DNA from: Octopus bimaculoides
Taxonomy: Eukaryota
Reading direction: 5' to 3'
DNA: 39,721 nucleotides
NCBI RefSeq assembly: GCF_001194135.2
Contig: NC_069001.1
Location: 8,078,109 to 8,117,829, forward strand
Part shown: piece by piece, positions 1 to 11,837 of the stretch
Layout: the number at the start of each line of letters is the position of its first letter
Numbering within the stretch: position 1 is the stretch's first letter
The notes under the pieces: generated by a model
The model's database searches: none
What the model was told of the DNA's origin: nothing
The model's input: the letters and a program-made list of their open reading frames with translations, nothing else
Position numbers and translations under genes: made by a program

Positions 1-352
1 TCATCCTTTTGGGGTTGATAAAATAAGTACCAGTTAAATACTTGGGAAGGCAGGGGGTTGATGTAATCGACTATCTTCTCCCCACAAATTTCGGGCCTTG
101 TGCCTATACAAGAAAGAGTTATTATTATTTCTATTATTGAAGGCAGTGAGCAGGCAGAATTATTACTGTGCTGGAAAAAATGCGTAGTGGCTTTTTGTCT
201 GCCTCTACTGTCAGAGTTCAAACCCCGCCTAAGTTGACTTTCCTTTTTATCCTTTCAGGGACAATAAAATAAATACTAGTTGAGTACTGGGGTTGATGTA
301 ATCACCTTAACTCCTCCCCCAAAATTTCAGGCCTTCTGCTTATAGTAGAAAG
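1..352 (+). mobile_element. Two copies (one 5'-truncated) of an octopus tRNA-derived SINE, 'family B' (AAGGCAGTGAGCTGGCAGAA...GAGTTCAAA...CCAAAATTTCAGGCCTT...ATTATT tail)
   Basis: B-box-like GAGTTCAAA and a shared body recurring at 10301, 17903, 26792 and 38958; (ATT)n tail. Confidence 0.7.
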
Positions 353-375
353 GATTATTATAATTGTGCGTCCTT

Positions 376-790
376 TTAGGAGCACTTTGCTTGACTGTTC
401 AGGACGAGTGGTAGGACAGATAACAGAGCAGACTTCGATATCTGCCTGGACAGCTTTCCACCATTCTTGGTGAGTGAGGCGGAATGCTGTGAAAGGCCAA
501 TAACAGCCATGGAAATACAGGAGGTGATGAAGGGCTGCACGAGAGGCAGATCACTGGATTTGGATGGTCTGCCCTGAGCTTTATATTTCGATGCCAGACT
601 TATTTGGAGGCCTCTTAGCAGATATCTACCACAAAAGGCAGCAGAATGAGAGAATTCCCACTTTTGTCTGTGGAGGGGTGGTGGCACTGCTGAGAAAGGA
701 CACAAACAAAGGGATACATATTGCAGAATTTCAGGCCCATTACTCTGCTCAATGCAGAGCTGAAGATTTTGGTCAAGGTGTTAGCCAAGT
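376..790 (+). mobile_element. Decayed L1/Tx1-clade LINE reverse-transcriptase fragment
   Basis: Across a stop and frameshifts it reads ECCERPITAMEIQEVMKGCTRGRSLDLDGLP*...MPDLFGGLLADIY...VVALLRKD...QNFRPITLLNAELKILVKVLAK, matching the KSPGxDGLP and RPIxLLNxxxKIL RT motifs. Confidence 0.8.
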
Positions 791-1141
791 TTCAGGGGGC
801 CCTTAAAATACTATTGAGGATCCCTAATTTACTATTTTATGTGAACCCCTTTGGTTACTATTTTATTCTGGTGGACCCCCATATCCATTTGTTGTTTAAA
901 ACTAACTTCTTTCAAAATCCCTATTTTATTTTTCACTCATTAACTTGTGTAAGTCGAATTGTGTAAAAATGTGAGAGACAGAATCCAAGCTGTTTCTTGT
1001 AAAACATACATCAAAAGCAAAATTTTTTCAGGGGCCCTTGAAATACTATGGTGGATCCCCAATTTACTGTTTTGTCGTGTGGACCCCAAAAATCTTATTT
1101 GGACCCCCAGGGACCACATGAACCCCTGTTGAGAACCACTG
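791..1141. mobile_element. Truncated non-autonomous hAT-like DNA transposon (one end only)
   Basis: Ends in TTGAGAACCACTG (reverse complement CAGTGGTTCTCAA, a typical hAT TIR). Repeated GGACCCC subterminal motifs; internal direct repeat ~791-870 vs ~1026-1100; no second TIR seen. Confidence 0.55.
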
Positions 1142-2077
1142 AATTGAACCCTCCAATGACTGAAACAAGGAGATGGTAATATTCACAAATAGTATGCGAT
1201 CAGAACACAGGATTCTGAGCTTCAGAATTGAGATGACAAAAGATTGACAAAATGTGGTATTGTCTTGTGACAGAAATGTTAAACCTATACAAGGATGCAG
1301 AATGGACATTCAAACACTAATGATAATGATTTATGTTCACAACCAACTTTGTATTTATTAACACTTGAATTAACATTAAGCTGAACCATACAACATACTT
1401 TAAATAAACTTCATAAAAGAATATATATATACGATATAGATAAAAATGTTTTCAAGATCTGGAATATATACATATATATCACAGGATATGAAATATTTCT
1501 TTTTATGGTGTATATTATTTATGACATCACTGGTTTTTGAGTATATATTTCTCAGCTATGTACAATGTTAAATAAATAAATAATTATCTTTTCTACCTTC
1601 TGGAAATATTTTAGTATATATATATATATTTTGAATGAATATTTTTTATTAAGAACATTAGTGTTTCATACTATCTCACCCATAAAGTGATTATATAAAA
1701 TATAGAGTCGGGAGGTTTCATTAACTGTACTTTTCCTTTTCAGAGTCGATATATTGATGACTATATCTTTCTTTTTTCATAGAATGATTTTTGATATTGA
1801 TATGCTTACTCTTTTGTTTGAATACTTGCATAGTTAAGTAATTTTTTGATAATGTTCAATCAGAGACATTAGTTGTTGTTTTTCATTCCTGTATGAATAT
1901 ACTGGTGTCTAGTTAAGCTACATCCAGTCCTGTTGCCAGATTTGGTGCTTGTGGGTGCTTCAGAATATTCTGGGTGAGCACTAATTTGTATAGTGGGATG
2001 ATTTTTGTGAACTGTATTTTCTAAATATGAAGGTGCACCATTGTATAGCGACAGGCATGTCTACATCTTTGAAAGGT

Positions 2078-2956
2078 TTACCTGACACGTTGTTGTGTTA
2101 CAGTCTTCTCTGTTGTATGAATGCGTTTGTGTCTAGTTAAATGATTTATTACAGAGAAGGACTTACCACAGATATCACAGCAATATGGTTTCTCTCCTGT
2201 ATGAATGCGTTTATGTCTAGTTAAATTACCAGTTTGAGAGAATGAATTACCACAGATATCACAATGATATGGTTTGCCTCCTGTATGAATGTGTTCATGG
2301 TTAGTTAATGTACGTCCATGAGAGAATGATTTACCACAGATAACACAGCAATAAGGCTTTTCACCTGTATGAATGCGTCTGTGGTTAGTTAATGTACTTC
2401 GTTCAGAGAATGATTTACTGCAGATATCACAGTGGAATGGCTTCTCTCCTGTATGAATGCGTTTATGAGAAGTTAAATGACCTTTTAGCGAGAATGATTT
2501 ACCACAGATATCACAGTGATATGATCTCTCTCCTGTATGACTATATTTGTGACTAGTTAAGTGACCCCTTAAAGAGAATGATTTACCACAGATATCACAG
2601 TGATATGGTTTCTCTCTTGTATGAACATATTTATGATTACTTAAGTGACAAGATACAGAGAACGATTTACCACAGATATCACAGTGATACGGTTTCTCTC
2701 CTGTATGAATACGTTTGTGTCTAGTTAAGGTACTACTTACAGCAAATGATTTACCACAGGTATCACAGTTAAATGGTTTTTCTCCTGTATGAATGCGTTT
2801 ATGAATAGTGAAGTGACCTTTATGAGAGAATGACCTTTTACAGGTATTGCAATGATAAGATGTCTTTCCTATCTCTTTCAGTATATCATCAGAAAAATCA
2901 ACCACTTTAGACTCTGTTTTACATTTAATTGTGTTCTCACAGAATTCATTTTCCAT
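2078..2956 (-). CDS. C2H2 zinc-finger protein ZNF1, 292 aa, 9 tandem fingers
   Basis: CxxC-x12-HxxxH repeats with TGEKPY linkers; N-terminus [31 protein letters not shown] is homologous to the other cluster members; splice acceptor AG at 3259-3258. Confidence 0.93.
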   Translation of the reverse strand: MENEFCENTIKCKTESKVVDFSDDILKEIGKTSYHCNTCKRSFSHKGHFTIHKRIHTGEKPFNCDTCGKSFAVSSTLTRHKRIHTGEKPYHCDICGKSFSVSCHLSNHKYVHTREKPYHCDICGKSFSLRGHLTSHKYSHTGERSYHCDICGKSFSLKGHLTSHKRIHTGEKPFHCDICSKSFSERSTLTNHRRIHTGEKPYCCVICGKSFSHGRTLTNHEHIHTGGKPYHCDICGNSFSQTGNLTRHKRIHTGEKPYCCDICGKSFSVINHLTRHKRIHTTEKTVTQQRVR

Positions 2957-3545
2957 AACTTTGTTTTTATCACCATAATATATATATTTTATTCTTAAAT
3001 ATTTCTATGGAAAAATTTTTCATCAACTCTTATTTTTATTAATTTCTGAAGTGGCTGGAAAGTCTTTTATAAATTTGTCCAGGTTAAGTAAAATCCAAAG
3101 CCATCTTGTTCGCATTCCATATAGTGGAGTACAGAAATGTTGTTACAAATCTCAATTCACAGGAAATATAACATCTTCCTACAGTCTTTAAAGGGTGATA
3201 AATATTGATGATACATCTCAAGGGCAAAATTCTTTAATGCCAATGCCATCTGATATTCTGAAATAATAGAAAGACAGTATAAGATACAGAATATATTTAA
3301 AAAGTAAAGAGCTAACAGTGGAAATGTTACAACCATCTATTTTGATAAACTGTAGATAAAGGCCTTGAGTGAATAGTTGGAATTTATTTTTTAATTAGTG
3401 ATTAAAATTCTATCATAGAATCTTGAGTGAACTCTTCGTATATTCAGGCTACAGATACAATGAAAAAACCTGAAAACATCTCAAGCTGCATTCTGATATT
3501 TTTTATCTCACATGTGTGGCAGGAAGTTTTATTCCTAATAAAATG

Positions 3546-3745
3546 GTTCCAGGTTCAGTCCCACTGCATGGAACCTTTGACAAATGTCTTCTACTATAGC
3601 ATCAGGCTGGACCAAAACCTTGTGAGTGGATTTGGTAGACAGAAACTGAAAGAAGCCTCTGTGTGTGTATGTGTGCATGCATGCGTGTGTGCCTGTGTTT
3701 GTTCTCCACCACCACTTGACAACTGGTATTGGTGTGGTCTCATGG
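3546..3745 (+). mobile_element. Octopus SINE 'family A' (GGTTCAGTCCCACTGC...CCAAAGCCTTGTGAGTGGATTTGGTAGACGGAAACTGAAAGAAGC plus (GT)n)
   Basis: Same body recurs at ~5727, 6748, 9190, 14440, 14900, 17485, 26030 (+) and 23926/24285, 24810, 29170 (-). Confidence 0.75.
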
Positions 3746-4389
3746 TATGTTGATTTAGTCTAGTCCTATCCAAGATCAAAACGTTTTGATCTCCCTAGCT
3801 CTGCTGGCATAAAAGTGGCTCTCATTCAACAATAGAAATGGTCACAGACGTTTGGCAATGGAATATGTCACATCTTGAAAATTTGGCGTGTGCTTTAAAG
3901 GAATCAGCAAGGACTTCAAAGCTTTCTTGGTGATATATTTTTGATTCTTTACTTTTATCGCTAATGCTTAAGCAAACAAACTGAAAGTTCACAACCTCAA
4001 GTACCTAAACGGTTTGCCGAAAAACTGCACTACATAATGAGGGTAACCAGAAAAGGATGCCGGCATGGAAGCTTCATCAGTCACTTCTCTTTGTTCGATG
4101 CCAACAGTCTCCATACTTTCGGTTATGATTTACCAAATGTGGCAATTAAACCTGAACAACTAGCATTAAAAATGCCAAATCGGCAGCACTGTTATTGATG
4201 TGATATGGGATTAAAAAGCATTTGAAATGTTAGCATTTTATTATTATTATTTTGTGTGGTTAGTTTATATGTTAAACTAAGTGTGAACTGTTCTGTCCTT
4301 AGTTAAACAACTTGCACAGATTTGTCTGTAGTGATTACATGTTTGTATTGCACAAAAGATCACTCTATCCAATTGACATTGTACAGGTG

Positions 4390-4510
4390 CACGGTGAGCC
4401 ATACGTCAGATGTCGAAGTGATCGTAGAACATGTAATGAAGTGTTTTCTTTTGCTCAAGAACACAACGCACCGCCCGGTCTAGGAATCGAAACCACACTC
4501 TAACCACTCG
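4390..4510 (-). mobile_element. SINE 5' fragment, 'family G' (tRNA head plus GTGTTCTTGAGCAAxACACTT core)
   Basis: TTGCTCAAGAACACAAC...GGAATCGAAACC...TAACCACT is shared with copies at ~19200, 23800 and 29690. Confidence 0.6.
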
Positions 4511-5005
4511 CCTTTATGAAACTGCAGTGTCGTAGATTACATAATCTTTATCATCAGAAACGTAATTCACTTGTGCTCAGTTGCTGTCTAAGCCTCGGGT
4601 GATTCTTTACTCAGTTGACCCACGACCAAATTCACATTGCTTTCAGAGGTGCCAAGAATTTTACAACATACCAAACAAAAACAAATATTATACTAATGAA
4701 AGGAAGGACGATCGACAATAACAAAAATAATTTTGTATAATTCTTTCTCCAGTAATGATTGTTGAATTCGGAGAAAGGTGTTTTGATTTCTATCTATCCA
4801 CCTTTTACTATATTTCCAATAGTTAAAAATTATTGTAGCTTATTTTACATGCGATTACAGTTGCGACACATAATGGTAAAGCGTTGAAGAGAAATATACC
4901 TTGCGAGTGAAATTTGGTAGATAGACACTGTGCAGAATATGACCTAGTTCTAAGGAATGAATGATTAGTACTCAATGGATTTAGGGTTTAACACTGAGAG
5001 AAAAT

Positions 5006-5070
5006 GTTTACCTTAGTTTATTTCTGGATTAAAGATGTAGCGGAAGTAGAAATATTGGATTTTCATTGGT
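5006..5070 (-). promoter_or_regulatory. Putative ZNF1 core promoter and non-coding exon 1: ETS site, double CCAAT box and splice donor
   Basis: GCGGAAGT at 5040-5047; ATTGG at 5054 and 5065; minus-strand donor AAG|GTAAAC at 5012|5011. Confidence 0.5.
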
Positions 5071-5390
5071 CAGCTTAGGTCATGTGATAAGAGGTACACC
5101 AATGCTGAAGAGGTTCTCTGAAAGGGTATAGAGCTGCATTATCAATTATGATGTATTCCCAAACTTATATTATATATATATACGTATATATATATACAGA
5201 GAGAGAGAGACAGACAGATGTGTAGGTGAATACATGATGCTGGTAAAGATGCACAATACGCTGTCAGGGGAACTAACTCTCATTTTACTGTATGTGAGAA
5301 AGTCTAGATTCCTCATCTTTCCCTAATAAGTTTTCCGTATTAATTTTTTAAAAAATATTTCCCAAATAAAGGCACGATGAAAGTTGAATT

Positions 5391-5460
5391 ATTGGATTTC
5401 TATTGGGTGTTTCAATAAAACGATTAGATCTACAGCAACAACGTAGAAGAGGTTAAGTAA
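5391..5460 (+). promoter_or_regulatory. Putative ZNF2 promoter and exon 1: double CCAAT box and a possible donor
   Basis: ATTGG at 5391 and 5402 (same 11-bp spacing as 5054/5065); non-consensus GAG|GTTAAG donor near 5451. Confidence 0.35.
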
Positions 5461-5726
5461 AAACGTATAGAGAATGGATATTATTAACTTTCTTCTAATA
5501 TTAAAGAAAATCTGAAGGGAATAGTAGTGTCCTGATAAGAAGTATAATTGAGCGAGCGTGCATGCTTCTTTCTTTTATGTATTTCGAGGGATTAGCTCTT
5601 AATTTCTGATCATTATATGCCCTATTTTTGAGAGTCGCTAAAAATTGCCCCCCTTGTTATTTTATAGAAAGAAATTTCTCTCAAATATGATTTCTTTTAA
5701 TTCGGAATTCTTATTTCCCAATCGAT

Positions 5727-6031
5727 TGGTTTCGGGTTCAGTCCCACCGCGTGACACCTTGGGCAAGTGTCATCTACTATAGCCTTAGACCGACCGAAGC
5801 TTGTAAGTGGATTTGGTAGACAGAAGCTGAAAGAAATGTCGTGTGTATGTGTGTGTATGTTCCTGTTAGTTACCTGCCAGCGCTTGGCAACCGGTGTTTG
5901 TTTACATCCTCAATTAACCGATACAATAAGTGCCAGGTTAAGAAATATGGGTAGTGGAACCTATTTCTTCGACTAAATCCTTGAAAGCAATGTCCTAACA
6001 CGGCCGCAATCAAATGACGCAGAAGTAAAAG
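5727..6031 (+). mobile_element. SINE family A copy
   Basis: GGTTTCGGGTTCAGTCCCACCGCG...GGATTTGGTAGACAGAAGCTGAAAGAA...GGCCGCAATCAAATGAC...GTAAAAGA. Confidence 0.75.
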
Positions 6032-7625
6032 ATACAAGACCAGTCTTCTGTACTTAAAACGGGGGTCATATATTTTGCATCGAAACTGCGGATAAACATA
6101 CAATGTTAGCTTTACTGTGACATAATACGAATTTACTGCTGCAGACGAAGGAATTATATGATCATTGACATCGTTGAAGGAATTTGATGAAAGCAACTGA
6201 AAACCTTAGTAACAACAACATCTATTTCATAGTTTTTAAAGAAGTCACACTATTTAACGCTTCTCTGTTTACTTCTCAAAACGGTAAGTTTATAAAGATT
6301 AGCTTTAAAGTTGTTATAATTTGTGTAAATAACAATGATCCTTTCAAAGATACAGAAATTTGAAGTGGAAGTATCGATGAAAATTTTTTTCTTTTCGTCC
6401 TGACAGGTACAGGATGGACTTTCAAGTCAAATATTAATCTGTTATTCTTGAAAACGTAGAGTCGGCTGTTGTGTGCAATATAAAGTAAATTCAATTTTTT
6501 TTTTCTATGTAAATTTGAATTTCATTTGAGTATTTGAAATAATTTGCCGCATAATTTTAGGGAACCGATGAGCGAATTAAATGTACTCAGTACTGGATTA
6601 AACACAGAAGTATAAAAGCTAAAGACCTCCGAAGGCATGTCACTAAATACCGATCTTTCGAATTAACTACAAGCAGTGCATACATCCTATCATGAATGAG
6701 TTTTAATGCCTTCGTTACTATATTGTAATATTGTCTTCTAATTTTGGGTCAACCAAAGCCTTGTGAGTAGATTTGGCAGATGGAAACGAGAAGAAACCTG
6801 TTGTGTGTGTATCTTTGTGCTGTGTTTTACCCCGCACTACTACTTGACAACTAGTGTTGATTTGGTTTTATGTCTCCATAATCAAGCATTTCAGCAAAAG
6901 ATAGAATAAAACTTTAAAAAGTACTGGGGTCGATTTATTCAACTAAACTCTTCAAAGTGGACTTCATTATGTTTGTTTTTTGGACAGTCATTGCAAGTTA
7001 CTATGTGTTTCCAGCACTGCTTTAGCTTATATAATGTTACACAATGTAGAAATATATTTGTAAACTGTACATATATAGATTTTTAAATCTCATGACATAG
7101 TTTTAATAGCTAATTAAAAAGTAGTTCAATCGTTAAGATGTTTATTTGTACAGTGTATCTGTATAAAAACTCACTAAAATACTTCTGTTGAATCTTTATT
7201 TTTAAATATTTTCTATCATCTTTGCTTTTCTCTTTTATTTCAGAAATATCTGATGGCATTGGCATAAAAGATTTTGTTTTTACTTCAAATGCATCGATTG
7301 TATTTACCATCTTTTAAAAACTGAAGGAAGATGTTATACACACAAAGTGTAACTATATAAATCTATGGCAGAATTACCATGAAATATATCGTCTGTATGA
7401 GATTATAGGAACATTTGTCTACTTCACTGTCTGAATTGTGCATGAGAGAGTTTTTGCATTTGAATTAAACTTGGACACATTCACAGAAGAGTATATGGCA
7501 TCTTCAGATATTGATAAAGACAAAGTTGTTAGAAATAAATCAGTAGAAATACTTGTTAGGAATAAAATATAATAAAAAAAAGAGGAGAGAAATATTTCTG
7601 TGATGTGGTAAAACGAGTAAAAATT

Positions 7626-8741
7626 ATGGAAAATAAATTATCTAAGATGCAGGCTAAACGTAAAAAAATATCTAAAAAGATTGATTTTCCTGATGAGATG
7701 CTGAAGGATATAGGAAAGGTGTTGTACCGTTGTGATATCTGTAAAAAGTCATTCTCTCAAAAAGGTAATCTTGCTACTCACAAACGTACTCATACAGGAG
7801 AGAAACCATATCACTGTGATATCTGTGGAAAATCATTCTCTCATGGAAGTACCTTAACTACTCACAAACGCATTCATACAGGAGAGAAGCCATATCCTTG
7901 TGATACCTGTGGTAGATCATTCTCTCAAGTAATTCAGTTAACTAACCACAAACGCATTCATACAGGAGAGAAGCCATATCACTGTGATATCTGTGGTATA
8001 TCATTCTCTAAACGAAGTACTTTAACTACACACAATCGTATTCATACAGGAGAGAAGCCATATCACTGTGAGAGCTGTGGTAAAGCATTCTCAGTAAGTA
8101 GTAACTTAATTAACCATGAACGCATTCATACTGGAGAGAAACCATATCACTGTGATATATGTGGCAAGTCGTTCTCTCAGATAGTTACCTTAACTAACCA
8201 TAAACATGTCCATACAGGAGAGAAACCATATCCCTGTGATATTTGTGGCAAATCATTCTCTCAAAGTGGTATCTTAACTATTCACAAACGTATTCACTCA
8301 GGTGATAAGCCTTATCACTGTGATATTTGTGGTAATTCCTTCTCTGAAAGAAGAGTCTTAACTACACACAAACGTGTTCATACAGGAGAAAAACCTTATC
8401 ACTGTGATATCTGTGGCAAATCATTTTCTGTAAGAAGTACCTTGACTAATCACAAACATATTCATACAGGAGATAAACCACATCACTGTAACATTTGTGG
8501 TAAGTCATTTTCTCAAAGAAGTAAATTAACTATTCACAATTATATTCATGCAGGAAATAAACCACATCACTGTGATACTTGTGGTAAATCATTTTCTCAA
8601 AATGGTGACTTAACAAGACACAAACGCATTCATACAGGAGAGAAGCCATATTATTGTGATATCTGTGGTAAATCTTTCTCTCTGAGAGGCAGCTTAACTC
8701 GACACATGTATATTCATACAGGGGAAAAGCGATATAAATGA
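7626..8741 (+). CDS. C2H2 zinc-finger protein ZNF2, 371 aa, 12 tandem fingers
   Basis: The track start at 7605 is GTG; the first in-frame ATG at 7626 gives [24 protein letters not shown], homologous to paralogs. 12 fingers with TGEKPY linkers; acceptor TTTCAG at 7243. Confidence 0.93.
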   Translation: MENKLSKMQAKRKKISKKIDFPDEMLKDIGKVLYRCDICKKSFSQKGNLATHKRTHTGEKPYHCDICGKSFSHGSTLTTHKRIHTGEKPYPCDTCGRSFSQVIQLTNHKRIHTGEKPYHCDICGISFSKRSTLTTHNRIHTGEKPYHCESCGKAFSVSSNLINHERIHTGEKPYHCDICGKSFSQIVTLTNHKHVHTGEKPYPCDICGKSFSQSGILTIHKRIHSGDKPYHCDICGNSFSERRVLTTHKRVHTGEKPYHCDICGKSFSVRSTLTNHKHIHTGDKPHHCNICGKSFSQRSKLTIHNYIHAGNKPHHCDTCGKSFSQNGDLTRHKRIHTGEKPYYCDICGKSFSLRGSLTRHMYIHTGEKRYK

Positions 8742-9335
8742 TATTTGCATTGTATCATTCTATAAAGAAAGCTACTTTACAATACATGTACCTATTTATG
8801 CAGAAGCATAATGTCACAATGTCAGAAGTTGTCTTATGAAAGAAATATCTTATATGACAATAAATATGTCCACATAAGGAGAAGATATAATAACAAGCAC
8901 ATAACTACATATATATTTATATATGTATATATATAGTTTGTGAAATCAAATTATAACATCTTAGTTAAAATCAATCATTCTTAATACTTTCCAGAAGACA
9001 CTATTGTTTTATTTGATATTGTGTGTTAATGAGTGGGATGCTGCCACAACATCACTATACTTAATGCTGCAAATAAATCCGCAAAGAATAAAAAAATGAT
9101 TTTCAAAACATTGTAATTGGGTGTATGGAGGGTAACATATTCTGAATGCTATTTATATTCTTTCATGTGTAGTATGTATAGTCACAGGTACGGTTGTGTG
9201 GTTAAGAAGTTCAATTCCCAACCACATGGTTTTGGGTTCAGTCTCACTGCACAGCACCTTGGTCATTTGCTATAACCTCAGGCCACCCAAAGTTTTATGA
9301 ATGAATTTGGTAGATGGAAACTGAAAGAAAACCAT

Positions 9336-9369
<34 letters not shown>

Positions 9370-9491
9370 CAGGGTGTCCACAAAGTCTGGGTACATGGGG
9401 ATTAACACACTTTAAGAAATTATTTCTTATATTTAATTGGTTATGTTATGATTTTATTTACTCCATGTACCCAGACATTGTGGACACCCTG
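9370..9491. mobile_element. 122-bp Tc1/mariner-type MITE with TA target site
   Basis: 29-bp TIRs CAGGGTGTCCACAA(A/T)GTCTGGGTACATGG with 1 mismatch (9370-9398, 9463-9491), flanked by (TA)n; lies just after a family A SINE fragment. Confidence 0.85.
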
Positions 9492-9819
9492 TATATATAT
9501 ATAGACATCTCCATGTTATTATATGGAAACTGACATAGCTGCAGTGTTTCTGTTGAAAGTTCCCTTGTCAACAAATCATCTGCTCCTTTGGCACTTCAAA
9601 GTTGGGGTGAGTGATCCCTAAGCAACAGAAAGGGCATCTAGCTGTAAAACAATGCCTCAGCATATTTATGTGATCCATGCAAGCTTAGAAAAAGAGACAT
9701 AAAATGAATATATTCTGTGGAGGAAATAAGTATGTCTTTTGTAGGGTGTATATAATATCAAATCTTTTATTGATATAGTAATTCTGTCAACTTTATGATT
9801 AAGCGGGATATTCATTTTC

Positions 9820-10010
9820 AAGCATGGTGCCATGTAAAAAGCACCCAGTACTCTCTGTAGAGTGGTTGGCATTAAGAAGGGCATCCAGTTGTAGAAACCG
9901 AGCTAAAACAGGCTATGGAACCTGATGCAGCCCCTGGCTTTGCCAGTTCCTGTTCAGCCATCCAACCCACGCCTACATGGAAAATGGACCTTAGATGATG
10001 ATGAAGATGA
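9820..10010 (+). mobile_element. 'Family C' retroposon 3' end (GAAGGGCATCCAG..GTAGAAACC...CCAACCCA..CATGGAAAATGGAC..(GAT)n)
   Basis: Recurs at ~15150 (-), 18650 (-), 34575 (+), 36760 (-) and 37800 (-); (GAT)n tail. Confidence 0.7.
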
Positions 10011-10300
10011 CTATAACAAACTTAATGAAAGTGTAAAGTTGATGGTATGATCTGCTAATCATACTCATCATTATTTTAATGTCCATTCTGCATGATGGGA
10101 TGGGTTGGATATGTTTATTATGCAAGATATCACCACGTTTATTCATTCACATCTGTGAAACCCAAAATTTTGAGTTCTGACGTTATTGCACTTTGTGAAT
10201 ATTCTTTACAACCTGAAATCTAAATAAAGCTGATTTAATCTTTAATCATTATTTTATTTTGTACAACTGTCTTCATTATTATTATTATTATCATCATACA

Positions 10301-10480
10301 AAAGCAGCCAGCTTACAGAATAGTTACTGCGCCAGACAAAATGCTTCTTCTGATTCAAAAGCCATTGGGTTGACTTTGTCTTTCATCCTTTCAGGGTTAG
10401 TAAAATAAGTATCAATTGAGCACTAGGTCGATGTAATCAACTGTAACCCTCCCCCGAAGTTACTACCAAAATTTGAAGCC
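10301..10480 (+). mobile_element. SINE family B, diverged copy
   Basis: TTGACTTTGTCTTTCATCCTTTCAGGG..TAAAATAAGTATCAATTGAGCAC..GTCGATGTAATC..CCAAAATTTGAA. Confidence 0.65.
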
Positions 10481-10560
10481 ATTATTATTGTTATTCAAGG
10501 AATGGTAGATTAGCATGGAGATCATTTGGGAACTGTTAAGAATATTCATTTTTATGAAGA

Positions 10561-10915
10561 GGTAGACCCAGGAAGACCTGGCATGAGGTGGTGAAGCACC
10601 ACTTTTGAACATTAGGCCTCACCGAGGCAATGACTAGTGACCGAGACCTTTGGAAATATGCTGTGCTTGAGAAGACTCAGCAAGCCAAGTGAGACCATAA
10701 CCTGTGGCCTATGCCAGTGGTGTAACCAGCCCACATATGCATACCTTTCCTTCATTGGACACTAAACTCTGCTTGTGAAGACCTGTTGAGACAAATGAAA
10801 TCAAAATAAAATTCGACGACAGCACCGCATGACTGGCATCTGTACTAGTGGAGCGCTAAGAGCACCATCTGAGCAGGATCGTTGCCAGGGCCACTGACTA
10901 GCTCCCGTGCACCAG
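10561..10915 (+). mobile_element. RTE-clade LINE 3' end (ORF C-terminus plus 3' UTR)
   Basis: Reads GRPRKTWHEVVKHHF*TLGLTEAMTSDRDLWKYAVLEKTQQAK*, the typical GRPRKTW...DRxxW end of RTE ORFs. Confidence 0.7.
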
Positions 10916-11182
10916 GTAATGATTTTCAATCCCACACTATCGGCCATAAAGTGAAATTTTTATTACATTCCTGGTTACATTTTCTTTCAGACTCAATCCA
11001 TAAGGTTACTAACACTCCTCCTGTACATTAATAACTCACTTTTTGTCACCTCACTATTACGTTTTATGTCTCTTTGATCTTCCACTTGCAACATAGCTCC
11101 AGCATACAATAAATCACTGGATAGAGACCTAGAGAGCAGCCTTCTATAAGTTCATAACAGCCTAATTCAATCATCTCCCTTA

Positions 11183-11477
11183 NNNNNNNNNNNNNNNNNN
11201 NNNNNNNNNNNNNNNNNNNNNNNNNNNNNNNNNNNNNNNNNNNNNNNNNNNNNNNNNNNNNNNNNNNNNNNNNNNNNNNNNNNNNNNNNNNNNNNNNNNN
11301 NNNNNNNNNNNNNNNNNNNNNNNNNNNNNNNNNNNNNNNNNNNNNNNNNNNNNNNNNNNNNNNNNNNNNNNNNNNNNNNNNNNNNNNNNNNNNNNNNNNN
11401 NNNNNNNNNNNNNNNNNNNNNNNNNNNNNNNNNNNNNNNNNNNNNNNNNNNNNNNNNNNNNNNNNNNNNNNNNNNNN
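11183..11477. other. Assembly gap (other N runs at 12577-13078, 24147-24284 and 38047-38691)
   Basis: Runs of N; ORFs spanning them in the track are artefacts. Confidence 0.99.
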
Positions 11478-11837
11478 TTTTTCAAAATATGCGGAAAAAT
11501 ATGGAGATTATGATTCTGAAAATAATTTCCGAAAATTTTTGTAGTTAGGGTAGGGTTAGTGTTAGGGAAAAAAGTGAAAAAAATGAAGAAATCGGGGGGA
11601 AGGAGAAGCCAAAATTTCAAAATACCGATTTTTGGCAAAAAAAAAAAATGGGAGAAAATAGGGTGACGGGAGGAAGTCTTTCCCCTTATTATTTAACACA
11701 CGCGCCGGTTCGATTTCTACTCATTTATTCATTTTTTTCTAAAATTTTCGTTGCGTCCTGCAACCTTTTCAATAGTCGTTGACTCCACACACTCATAAAC
11801 ATGTAAGCGTGTGCTGTAATTTTGTGCGCATTTACCT

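Noticed and set aside
7605-7625. Track N-terminal extension MVKRVKI of ZNF2 (likewise the GTG start at 32834)
   Set aside because: GTG starts; the paralog-homologous ATG is at 7626 (32837 for Merlin)
11545-11567. TTAGGG-like repeats
   Set aside because: Only about three degenerate units next to a gap, probably within a repeat; no evidence of a telomere or fusion site
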